From Massalongia carnosa (lineage: Eukaryota): a stretch of 64,000 nucleotides of DNA. Below are positions 41,922 to 53,661 of this stretch, in pieces. Made by a program: the position numbers and the translations under genes. The DNA lies in NCBI GenBank assembly GCA_965645245.1, contig OZ287085.1, forward strand, positions 868,001-932,000, read 5' to 3'. The first letter of the stretch is position 1. Every line of letters begins with the position of its first letter. The notes under the pieces are model-generated. The model had not been told where the DNA came from and did no database searches. It was given only the letters and a program-made list of their open reading frames with translations.

Positions 41922-44900
41922 GGATCCAACTATTTGCTGGTAGGCATGGATTTCCTGATTTGTTGCCTGACCAGAGTTTCTGACCAATTGCATTCCTGAT
42001 CCGTATGGTAAAGGTGTCGCCGGTCCCTTATTTTCCAGATTAATGCTGACATTGAATTTTGAAATTATCTTTTCAATGTAGGACTGCTGAGACAGCCATA
42101 AAAGTCCGGTTTCGCGTTTCCTAGAGATCTGAATTCCTAGGAATCATTAAAATTCTCCTAAATGTCGCTTTTCAAAACGGTCAAATAGCTGCATCTGAAA
42201 AACCTCAGCTTGATTGATTTAACGACGATCGTATAGAAGAACGATGTCTTCTACGAAGAAGAAAAGAAGCAAATGCTTGTCCCGACTAATGAAGAGATAA
42301 TCTGCTCCTGGTATCGGCTCAAAATTCATTCCGATTAGTGCTTCCGATAAAAGACGATACCATAAGGCTGGAGATTGTTTTAGTCTATACAGAGCCATTT
42401 GTAGAAGCAGCAAAATGCCGTTATCTTTTAGCCATCCCTCAGGTGGCTTACAATAGATGGGCTCATCTGTAGGACTATTAGCAAATGCATTTATGTCGTC
42501 ATACTGTCGCGTCTCCAAATCGAATATTACTACAATTGCCATTAATGATCGGAAAATGCGAGCTGCCAAAGTGGCGGCGTAGGTGTCTTGGTCAGTCTTC
42601 TGAAAATCACCCCTAGCCACTAAGCGAGCTTTGTATTTGGTCAAATATCCCTCTTCGTCGAATTTATATTTGAAAATCCACATAGCAGGCAAGAATAATG
42701 ACATTATCTTTCGAAATAACCTCATTTGTAGGAATTTCCTTCCAAGTGCCCTTTGCTTCCAAAGCTTTTATTTCCGTTTTGATTGCTTCCTGAAATCCGG
42801 CGGAATGAGAACGTTTCAGCATTTGACCAAAATGCTTTGGTTCCGCAGGTAAGTAATCACTATGTAGGCGATACTGAGAAAATTTAGAAAAGAATGATGA
42901 TTTTGCAAATGCTGCAAATGAGGAATGAATGGAGATAACTTCTCCATTTTCGGTATCTTTCAAGGCAGCGAAATAAGCCTGTTTTCTGCCTTTTCTTTCC
43001 CGTCTCACCCCCTCAGGCAAGATATTTGCCTGGTCCAATTCAAGACCAATCACTTTCTTCTCTTTTTGAGAAGGTTTAGGGTCAGGTGGCGGTGTTGCTT
43101 CAGATGGTAAGGGAGAGGGCAAATATTCGAATGTTTTGCCTTTTGCTGAGTCATGTGATACGGAGTCATTTGCGGAGTCATTTGGGGAATTGCCAGATGC
43201 TGGCATTTGCCATTTTTCTATAGATTGCTGGTTTTGCTCCGCATGCAGATTTATCTCATCTTCTAAATCTGATTCCACCTCGGTAATTCGCGCCAAATTA
43301 GTAAGAAGATTCGGAATTTCAAACATCTCTGGTAATGGCAGTAGTGGCTCGGAAATTGCCTGCATGACATCTATGTCATGAGGATCGTATCTAGTGCTGT
43401 CATCGAAAATAATGTCTCTAGTCCGAATTACCTTCCGCTAAGATGGTATCCAAATGCGAAAAAATGTTGCGAGCATCATAACCAACCAAATGTCCGATGT
43501 GAGCTCTTTCTTTCACCGAAATTTGCTTATTTAAGGCATAAGCTTTGCAGCCCTAAACATGTAAATGTGCTAAGTTTGAACGGGTCTTGTGGACCATCTG
43601 GTATGACGTTTTCCATTGATGTTTTCCCATAGGAGTCCGATTTGCTATATAGCCGGCAGTCCCAAAATTTTCCGGCTAAAGAAATGTAGGAAGATTTGCA
43701 TCCATCCGCATAGCACGTGCTTTTAGGGTCAAAATTCCCCCTTTTCTTTCTGAGTGCCCATTCTGCTCCGGCGAATGAGGTGCAGATGGTTCGTAAGTAA
43801 TCCTCTTTTCTATAAGTAATTCTCGAAAATCACCTCTCAAAGATTTCTCGCCGTCAGTCCGAAAGAAGACTACTTTTCCATTGAATCTAGTCTCGATCAA
43901 ATTAAGTGGCTCTTTTACTATCCGCGTCGCATCTGATTTCTTTGGATGAGTAAAAACCATGTTAAAATCGGTCCAATGGCAGGCGAAATGAGAGATCCAT
44001 TCATCATTGTTATAGGCAGGGTTCAATGGGATTAAGTCCTATGTGATTCGATGAAAAGGTAGGGCTGCCGTTTCGGCATTTTCCGCTAACCTAGAGATGA
44101 TTCGGTGCATTTTTTTGAAAGTGCGCATATTTCGCACTCATTGGTTTTGGGAATTGTAGGGGCAGCTGCTGAATCAGCAATCTTCACCCCCTCAGCTGAT
44201 ACATGTAAATGCTAAATGGCGTCATTTGACGCATGTGCCAACATCTGATGCCATTGATAGGAAGGTGCAGATTTGGTATTTTCTTTCTCTTTAGCTGCAG
44301 CGGAATTTTGCTCTGTTGCAAATGACTGATTGAACACCCCCTCAGTGTTGTCTTCCAGTAAGAAGTGCCCATTTAGTGGTTTAACCTATGCGACAGTCTT
44401 TCCTTCCCTATGCAGGTGCATTTTCCAATTGTCAAAGTGTACCACTTTTTATATTGAATAAATGCTGAGCGACGACATTTGTCATGAATCTAGGGACGTA
44501 GGCGACGTCGACTAATGTAATTATCCATGGTCCAGATAGGGCAGGAATGTTGATTCTGATAGTTCCGTAGAATTCAACTTTTAGGTAGTTGGCACCTGCT
44601 GCCAAATAGTCATCTTTTGATGCGTCTCGCGTCTTCACTTTACGCGATTTCATGGTCTCATTGGAAATTTGCCGATTGGATCCATTATCTAGAATCCATG
44701 ACCACTTGATGACTAAGCTATTTGCCGCTGAAAAGGAAGTGCTGCAAAAAGCTGCAAAGGTGGCATTTCTACCCTCCGGTATCGTGTTATTTTTCTGCCC
44801 TTTCTGATCCTGATTCATTTGCCCCTGATTATTCTGACTAGTCCTAGCTTTTTCTTTGCAGGTTTGTATGGATTTTTCCACCTTCTCCCGGAATGCCTTA

Positions 44901-46231
44901 TCCTTCATAGCGTCATCGATTTGGGATTGGATTTCGGGACTCGTTTTGAAATTGTGCGGTCGGCGGGGATGGTCAGGCACTAGGTACCAGCAATGACCGA
45001 GGGCATGATCTTTGCCGCAAATGCAAGGTGGTCAAACCGGTCGCTGACCATTGAATGTAGGTCCCTGATTAGATGAGGAAGACTGGTTGGAATTAGCAGA
45101 AAAGGCGGAATAGGACTCCCCTTTTTCAGCTTTTTGATACCGGACGAATTGTCGGAATTCTTCCAGCAATTTATAGAAGTCCATGTCCGGCTCCCTATTT
45201 AGATTGAACGGCATGGTATAGGTAAAGTTAGTCTCCTTTTCCCGAATGGCCATCAGAAAGTATCGATGAGCTCATTGCCCCTCTGCAACAAAAAGCTTAT
45301 TATTGATGGCGTCAGTGTATGTCCTCTGCTACTGCTCGATGTATGTCTCTAAATTTTGATTTCCTGGTCCCTTTTTCAGCTTCTCGTATTTGGTCTCAAT
45401 GTCCCGAATTTGGGCGGTATCAGATGGAGCAATTCTTTGCTTCAGTACCGTCAGTATTTTCCATAGATTTCCTCTTTTTTGGTTTATATCTTCCAAATAA
45501 ACGCCGTATTCGGTCGACAGACTTTCTAGAATGTTGGATGTCAGCTCAGTTAGTGCTGCTTTTCGAACTTTGTATTCGTCCAATTTTAATCTGTATAGCT
45601 GAGTTTCCAGTTGAAACATTTGATACTTTCCTGCCTCAACTTCATCATCATCATTTTCCGAGATTGGAAAATTTGGTATCTCTGGCCGTTTTAACGACTC
45701 CTTAAATGGCTCATTCGGGTTAACCTCATCCCAAATTTCTAGACTTTCTGCCTTTATCTGGATAAAGGAAAACCATGTTCTCTAGTCGGCCGATTTTGCC
45801 AAGACGATTTTTCTGGGCGGTGCCGACATTGCTGATATTGTATTTCGAAAAAGGGCTGATTTCGAAAAATGCTGAAGGTGCCAAGTGATGGCTTTCAATA
45901 AGTGCCAAAAGGTGGCTTTTTTAAAGATTCAAGAAGTGGTCAAGACGATTGAAGAGAGAATCCGGGCTCATAACTCTGAGGCTATTTACCCTGATGATCA
46001 GTTGAGATAATTTACGTCTTGACCAGATGAGGTGAAATGAATGGCATTGATCTATAGATGATTTTCTAGCTAGGTATGCCGCCAGGGGATAGATCAAGAG
46101 ATGTCTCCGAAGGAAGAAAGAATAGGGGATGAAGAATTTTTACCTGTGCCGCGGTGGCAATGTCATGTGACGGGCATGAGACGGGCCCGTTGACCAATGT
46201 TGGTTAATGCCAGTATAGCTGACATTTGACA
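41922..46231 (-). mobile_element. Decayed, 3'-truncated Ty1/Copia element
   Basis: 5' LTR at about 45977-46231 followed on minus by GAGTTATGAGCCC, a fungal Copia-type PBS. Fragments: gag, WILDNGS (PR), FFRTDGE..PEQNGHSERK (IN) and WIFKYK..YKARLVARG..LKQSPALW (RT), with many stops and frameshifts. Confidence 0.88.
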
Positions 46232-46469
46232 GATGGTTAGCCACGGGGGGTCGAATGCACACGTTCCTGCATCTGATAAATTTCATAAAAGTAGATGTAA
46301 CCTGTTATGTGTACTGGAAGAAAAGGATTTGTGTGAATGTTATTGAGAGAAAAAGAAAGAAAACATGACGCATCTTTTTGTGAGTATTAAACCCCTAATG
46401 TGCCGATTATCAATAATTTCAACACATTTCTTGAGATAATTTTCATTTCAAAATTACCTCGTCATAATT

Positions 46470-46936
46470 TGTAATAGGGTAGTCCTACTATGCGTTCGTT
46501 AAACGCAAGACTAGCTTATGTGGCTATGTGGGATACGTACAGCAAAAACAACTACCAAGACAATAAGGTCCCGCCTAACCCAGTTAGGTTTAGTGTAGGG
46601 ACTTAACTTATTATAGAGGTGTTTTCGTAGTATACGAAGTATCCCCTCGCCTCGCCTAACCTCCCCTAGATCGCCTGCCTAGTCTTATCTACCCAAGTGT
46701 TTCGGTGGTCGAAAATACCAGGTTGTATAGGCAAGATATAGAAGAAGAGCTTAGGTTATAGATTATCCTATCCTATATAGATCAATAATCAATACTTCAA
46801 AAGTGTAGCATTTAGTCTACCCATTGACCCGACCCTACCTATTTTGTACCTCTATTTTCACAATCACGTTGTGTAGCCTCTGTAGATACCGTCTTCAAGT
46901 AGTGAATGCTTGCTAGGAGAAGATCTCCCCGTTTTA
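46470..46936. repeat. Solo LTR, same family as 13480-13963, with many CpA/TpG->TpA changes
   Basis: Colinear similarity to 13480-13963, with TAATT/CAATT flanks. Confidence 0.85.
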
Positions 46937-47505
46937 CAATTGATTTCTATGATTCTTAATCATTCGAATTTCTCGATTCTTTACGATTCTTGATCCTGCG
47001 ATATCAAGCCTTCGAACTATTGATTGAAGAGGGGTAGTGGGAGGAGGGTGGAGCTGCTCTTGATAGATCAATGGCGCTGATACTAGGCCAGGTCTGGGGC
47101 GAAGAATGTGAAAACTAAAGAGTAATACGAAACGGAGGACGGTCATATCATGACAGCTAGGTGTACGACGACTGCATTGACTCTTTGGCTGTCTAGCTGA
47201 CAGAGGGGCTAACTAGAAAACCAATGGCTGGAAGATAGAGAAGGTGAACAGATAACGATGAAATAAATTTATATTGCTCTTTTATGTATCGACAGATGAG
47301 CGACCGAGAATATAAGCTCAGTAATTAGGGGTATCATATGAATCGAAAGTTCTCGGCGCGTGCAGAGGCACTAGAAACAGCCCTATATCCAATCATCTCA
47401 GGGTAGTCTACCCCGCCCCACAATAGCATTAACAGTTAATTTAAAGGAATATAAAATCGATATTGTTAAGATAGGAAATGACTCATATTTTGTGATCTGT
47501 ATAAC

Positions 47506-47655
47506 TACGTTGCGCAACGGGTTGGGTTTTCGCCACAAAATTGCTTTTTCGCCACCGGATTTTTCTCTAAACTCAACCAGGACACCAAAAATCATAGGGT
47601 TCGCCACAAACGGGTTGAGTTTTCAGTAGAGAAACCCGACCCGTTGCGCGGCGTA
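47506..47655. mobile_element. Non-autonomous hAT MITE (150 bp)
   Basis: TIR TACG..GCGCAACGGGT.GG resembles the hAT at 59126. It is an inverted copy of 53510-53661, and the TSD is not preserved. Confidence 0.75.
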
Positions 47656-48168
47656 GGTGAGACACAATTTTATGTCACGTTTATCTTATTCTTATCATTC
47701 TGCTTTATTTAGAATCGCAATATATTAGTTCCTTTTTAAGCGTCGAATTCTCGTATTGAAGAATACAATAACGCTGTTTTCTCGTTTCACGAATTACGTC
47801 TTTTAGTGACAACAGAATAGCTACTTTCTTTAGTTTACAAATGAAAAATTCGATGATTTTACTTTCTGACGTTTCAGATTTCAATTAAACTCGTGTTTAA
47901 ACGCAGAATCGTAATCAATCTAGATTTTATGTTGCTGAAGAGCTTCTTCTCTTTTTATCTCATTCAAGAAATCATCTTTATCTTTTACGTCAGTCAGTTG
48001 ATCCAATCTCTCAAAATTTACAATTGTTAGCACTTTTGTAAGGTCGTCTGCCGTCATTTTTTTGTTGATATTTATCGTAGTTGAATTGTTATTCGTTAAA
48101 TTTCTTGCCGCAATCTACGTGAATAAATATCGAAGTGTCGTAATTTGATTTGAAGTTTTGTGAATTAT

Positions 48169-48820
48169 TGTCAGGGCGTAGAAGGAATAAGGACTAAGCT
48201 AACTAAGCGGGGCTTAGTTCTACGGCTAGGCTTAGTCATATGGAAAGCAGGTAGTCTGCGTTATGCGGCTGATATCTACTGCCGAGAGTATAGTACGAGG
48301 GATCGAGATATACGAGGATGCTCGTACGATTAGTGAGCGGATGGTACGATACAGTCAGCACAGTGTCCACGATACAGTCAGCACAGTGTCCACGATACAG
48401 TCAGCACAGTGTCCACGATACAGTCAGCACAGTGTCCACGATACAGTCAGCACAGTATCCACGATACAGTCAGCACAGTGTCCACGATACAGTCAGCACA
48501 GTGTCCACGATACAGTCAGCACAGTGTCCACGATACAGTCAGCACAGTGTCCACGATACAGTCAGCAGAGTTTTAAGCCGGCTTATCCGGTAGGAGTAAT
48601 GGGCGGTCAAGATAGTTACAGTATCTGGGGCCCAGAGGTCAAGGGCTTCGGTCCGGGTATATAAGTAGGCTGCTCGAGGGAGATGCAATCTTCAACGATT
48701 AGTCTTCCGCTTTACCTACATACTTCTTTTAGTATATCAGTATAGCAAATCATTAGTCTCTTCACATTGTCATATATCCCTAGGCCTGGTGTCTGCTAAT
48801 CGCCAGGTCTGACTCTTACA
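48169..48820 (+). repeat. Solo LTR of the G1 family with an expanded 23-bp array (9 units plus 1 diverged)
   Basis: Near identity to 1371-1908 and TSD ATTAT (48164-48168 and 48821-48825). Confidence 0.95.
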
Positions 48821-49569
48821 ATTATTCAATCAAGATTTATATCGTTTGCGCATTGTCGCATTCAATTGTCAAAGTTTCGAGAAAATATAACGTGAGTTTC
48901 TTTATCAGTCGAGAGAGGTATATTGTTTCTATATATTACTATCTACATGCAGAGGTCCTATCTATGTAGTTCAAAGTGCTTTATTATAAAGTTTGCTACA
49001 TGATAGCTAGACAAGACTTTGACGGTTTAACCAGGATTTGGAAATGGCTATCTACTGGAAAGCTATGCACTAGAAAATATCAAAGATGCGGAAAGGAAAC
49101 AAGTAAAAGGTGCCCTCTCTAGCATTCTATACAGATAATCGCTTGGCCCGATCCAGCTGCTTATATCTTATCCATAAGTGAAAAGTTTGGTCAAACAATC
49201 TTTCTGCCCTTTTTCCCTTTTATCTATTTTGTTTTTGCTTTAAAAGGTCGTTTCGATAAGTCCCTTTCAGTCTATTCAGACCTCCGTTAATTTCCCCTAT
49301 AGTTGTTAAAACGGTAGAGTAACGGAGGCAGTTAGAGCGTGGGTAGATGCCGTACTTTTTATTGTTTGGCCTTGGGTAGATATGGTTAAACTTTGACTAA
49401 TACGAACTCGAAGAGAAAAGCATTGCTTGCTTGCAGAGATTTCCTAAATGCCTCCTGAATAATATCCTAAGTCTTATGCTGTTAGACCGCAGCAGTACGG
49501 AAGAGGCAACAAACGAGCTGGTCCGTGCGACCGAGCTAAACCTTAATTGTAGATGGAAGTTCAATAAAA

Positions 49570-50033
49570 CTTCTGATGTTCAGTTCACACAATAATATTT
49601 TGGTTGCTTGAGAAATTACAAGAAGCTCGACTTCAATAGACGATATAATAATAGTATTTTATTTGTTAAATTGTCATAATACTATATCTTCAAAAAACTT
49701 CATGATATATTTCTAAGAGATTATTCGATTAAGTTTATTATTGACAAATGATATATCACTTTCGCAGACAAATAAAGAAAGATTTCGATCGTTTTTTGTA
49801 TATCGAATACAACAATTTTGAATTCGATAGAAATAATGCAAAACACGGTCGAAAGTATGATGATATTTTTTATCGGATTGATTATTAAAGCATGAAAACC
49901 TTGAAACTGCAAACGTCACATTTAATCGAATAGAAATAATCGCAAATAGAATTGATTTTACATTCTGTTGATAAATAATTCGAGAGATATTTATTATCTT
50001 ATCTTTTTCTGAAGTAGATATCAATTCTGTAAT
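49570..50033 (-). pseudogene. Heavily mutated Copia RT/RNaseH relic
   Basis: YQQNVKSILFAIISIRLNVTFAVSRFS..FVCESDISFVNN matches the Copia pattern YQ..VGS.LFA...TRPD.AFAVSRLS...ASDASFAD with G, P and A codons eroded. Confidence 0.75.
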
Positions 50034-50270
50034 TGTCACGACTCTACCGGCATGACCTCGGTACCGCCTAGGGTAATCGTAGATAGAACACGCAGGCACT
50101 TTCGATTTCGTTCCCGTAGCTACTAGATAATTCTATGACGACTATACTATATAGATACTAGCGCAGTAGAGAATATATAGGAGCAGGTTCTGGTTTTTTT
50201 CCTTCTTTTTCTTTATTGTATTCGTTTCTAGCGTCCCTATGATTTGTCTTTAGGGAGATATAATATTACA
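50034..50270. repeat. Solo LTR, inverted relative of 16825-17072
   Basis: Shared blocks such as GAAACGAATACAATAAAG and GGGAACGAAATCGAAA appear in reverse complement. The right end is approximate. Confidence 0.75.
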
Positions 50271-50346
50271 ATAAAGATCGCCTTTATCTATTATCCTACG
50301 TGAGAGATATAAAAGAACTCACCGAATCGAGGACTGAAGAAAGAAC

Positions 50347-50917
50347 GACTCTTTTACTAGGCAAGTCGTATAAAACAGAACCAGAACCAGAAGGCCGCCA
50401 CCCCTACAGCGTGGTACCCATACCCAGAACCCGAACCTAGAAGAACCATCCACGGTGGCGGATGTAAAAGAAACCCATATCGGAACAACAAAGAATGACC
50501 CTTTCACAAGGCAAGTCGTAAGAACAAGACCCAGACCCAGTACCCAGAAACCAGAAAAACTATCCTCGGTGGCGGATGTAAAAGAAACCCACATTGGAAC
50601 GACAACGAGCGACCCTTTCACTAAGCTAGTTACCTAGAACCAGATCCAGAAGGCCGCCACCCCTATAGCGTAGCATCCAGACCCAGAATCCGAACCCAGA
50701 AGAACCATCCTCGGTGACGGATGAAAAAAGAAACCCACATCGGAACGACAACGAGCGACTATTTCACTAGGCTAGTCACCTAGAACGAGAAGTAGAAGTC
50801 CGCCACCCCTATAGTATGGCATCCAGACCCAGAACCCGAACCCCCAAGAACTATCATCGGTGACGGATATAAAAGAGCCCCATATCGGAACGACAACGGG
50901 CGACCCTTGCACTAGGC
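50347..50917. repeat. Tandem array of about 146-bp units (about 4 copies, one internally deleted)
   Basis: GACCCTTTCACTAGGC-like anchors recur at about 50347, 50497, 50611, 50757 and 50902, each unit carrying CGGTGGCGGATGTAAAAGAAACCCA.ATCGGAAC. Confidence 0.8.
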
Positions 50918-51218
50918 CCCTTATATTGTCGCTCTCGTTGACATGGTTGTTGTCTTTATTGATATTATTTTTATTAACTTCGTTGTGATTAGAGTAAGAG
51001 ACAAAAACAGTTTAAAATCTACTACTTACTTTATTAACAGAAACGTCACGCGTGAAAGATCTAGAGTGATTACATGTACGCCTGATACGCTACAAATTCT
51101 TACAGATTGAGCATCTCATTTTCTGCTTTGATAAATCAAATCGTTTTCTTCTCTCACGTTTAATGTTTGGCTAATCAGCCTTGATTACAAATTTTGATAA
51201 TTTTATATCGGCCGTTAC

Positions 51219-52682
51219 TATCACGGAATAGCTTCGCACCCTCCCGCTTGTCCTGATCGGGTTAGTATTTAACAGGGCCTATTGCTGTGAAATGTAATAC
51301 GGATGGCGCTAGAGGGATACGTGATCGCCTATGGCGGTTGCGGGATTAACTAGCGTGGACCATGCCGTAGTACGAAGTCGCATAAGCCGTCGAGGCTGAC
51401 ACACTGCCATCTTGCCCCGAAACTTCGGAGTTATTGTTATCACGTTCTTGACTACTTACAGATCAAACACCTGTCGAGGCCGTGGTGGTAGATTGCCATG
51501 GAGTGTAAGGCGGACTCCTGTGGAGACGCCGAGGAACTCTATGTGGAATCTACTGGCCTACTCGGAGCTACTAGATCTCTTGATGGTTCAAGAGAGGTAG
51601 CAGGAGGCACGGCTCGCTGGACGCAGCTTGAGCTGGGCTCCCCGGTGTAAACTTCAGCTTTAACCTTTATTACTACGTTGGTAGTGATGTCGGCTGAATG
51701 AACCTACATGACCTCGTTGTCTAGACCTTGTGTCTAGAGGCAGGTCCGCAGTGTAGCGAGGTATTCAGTCGGAGGTAACCTTCCATCACTAGGTAGTGGT
51801 GACGGCGAAATGAAGCTACATAGCCTGAGGCATGGAGTGAGGGATCTAGCCGGGAGTAGAATTGTTCTACCTTGCAAGGGAAGATCTAGAAGGCTGCTCG
51901 AGGCTGACTAGATGATCCAGCGAACGCCGAGTTCGTGGATGGATCCTGAGGGATGGTTGGATGTAATGCGATAAAGTCGGATGTGGATTGCAAGGCTGTA
52001 AGGCTCCCAAGGCTCCCAAGGCTTGCAAGGCTCCTAAGGTTCCAAGGCTCCCAAGGCTATAGGCTTGGGGTGAGTAGGATAAATATCAGAACGAATCTTG
52101 TAGTATTCGTTAGCAATTAGTCTTTATTCTATGAACAACCTACGTTTGGGTCTCGGACGAGATCTCTTGGTCTAAGCAATTCCACTACCTTTAGCTTTGG
52201 ATCACATATACTCTCGGAGACAAGCACGTAGTAGCTATCTTCCTCCTCTCACGCTGAGCATTTCCCCTTTCGAGATCAGTGTCGCTCGTGATAAGCTTAC
52301 TGGTCTCGTAGCCCATTACATGAAACCTCACCCATCGTGCTCAGGTGTTCTTCTGCCGCCCTCAGCGCACTATCAATCTCCTACAATCCGTATTCAATCT
52401 CAACGTCTCTACTATCCATGCTTATTACTAAGAGTGCTTCAGCACAGATAAAGGCGGGATAGGTCAAATTAATCATGTTAAGGAAATTAGTATAGGAACA
52501 GAGATGGGGCAAGTCGAGAATAGGAGAGTTGAAAGCTATGGCTATAAAGTCTATGTGGTTTCCCAGGTGTTTAGAGCTCTTCATCGGACGTCTTGTGTAT
52601 TATTCTCAACTTCTAGTTTTAGCATATCTAGATATCCGTTCTGCAAGATAGAGTTTTGTATCTCTCCAGCACTCCCCTGACA
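51219..52682 (+). repeat. Solo LTR of about 430 bp (TGTCACGGAATCGC family) split by a nested 1-kb LTR
   Basis: GTTAC/GTTAT flanks and homology to 52867-53296 and 55605-56547. Confidence 0.8.
51293..52320. repeat. Solo LTR (1028 bp); an inverted relative lies at about 63190-64000
   Basis: TG..CA ends, TSD TGAAA (51288-51292 and 52321-52325), and 9-bp AAGGCTCCC repeats at about 51991-52060. Confidence 0.85.
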
Positions 52683-52866
52683 GTTATGAGAATATTGAGA
52701 TCAATAATTTTTAAAATGATCCATATATTGTCTTGTATCTAGCGATTGTAAAGATAAGGTTAACAAAATCTTCTGATTCTCTTTTTTGTTTTATAAACAA
52801 CGCAACGACATAATCACGTGACATTTCATAATTCTGAAAATTATGACAAGTTTCCGTCTCGGATTT

Positions 52867-53296
52867 TGTCACGGAATCGCTTCGCACCCTCCCGCTTGTT
52901 CTGATCGGGTTAGTATTTAAAAGGGCCAATTACTAAGAAACCTCACCTATCGTGCTCAGGTGTTCTTCTGCCGCCCTCAGCGCACTATCAATCTTCGACA
53001 GTCCGTACCCAATCTAACGTCTCTACTATGTAGGCTTATGACTGAGGATGCTTCAGCACAGATAAAGGCGGGATAGGTCAAAGCAATCATGTTAAGGAAA
53101 TTAGTATAGGAACAGAGACGGGGCAAGTCGAGAACAGGAGAGTTGAAAGCTATGGCTATAAATTCTATGTGGTTTCACAGGTGTTTAGAGCACTTCATCG
53201 GACGTCTTGTGTATTATTCACAACTTCTAGTTTCAGCATATGTATATATCCGATCTGCAAGATAGAGTCTTGTATCTCTCCAACCCCCCCAAGAGA
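52867..53296 (+). repeat. Solo LTR of the TGTCACGGAATCGC family
   Basis: Colinear with 51219-52682 once its insert is removed, with GATTT/GTTTT flanks. Confidence 0.78.
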
Positions 53297-53509
53297 GTTT
53301 TCAGGTTCACGATATGATAGAACGAGAATTTTGAAAAGTATACTCGATCGATCGTTTTGTTCATTTTGATGTTTTTTCAGACATAATCGGAGATTTTATC
53401 GGTCTTGTATTTAAGCTTGTGTCGTTTATAAACTAGTTTATGTATTGATTTCAAATCTGATAAAGACAAGACAATAGGAGCCTGTGACATGTTTTTAGTC
53501 AAATATTAT

Positions 53510-53661
53510 TACGACGCGCAACGGGTTGGGTTCCTATACTGAAGACCCAACCTGTTTGTGGCGAACCCTATGATTTTCGATATCCTATTTGAGTTTTGAA
53601 AGAAAACCCCGGTGGCGAAAAAGCAACTTTGTGGCGAAAACCCAACCCGTTGCGCGGCGTA
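53510..53661. mobile_element. Non-autonomous hAT MITE (152 bp)
   Basis: TIR TACG.CGCGCAACGGGTTGGGTT and a perfect 8-bp TSD AATATTAT. Confidence 0.9.
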
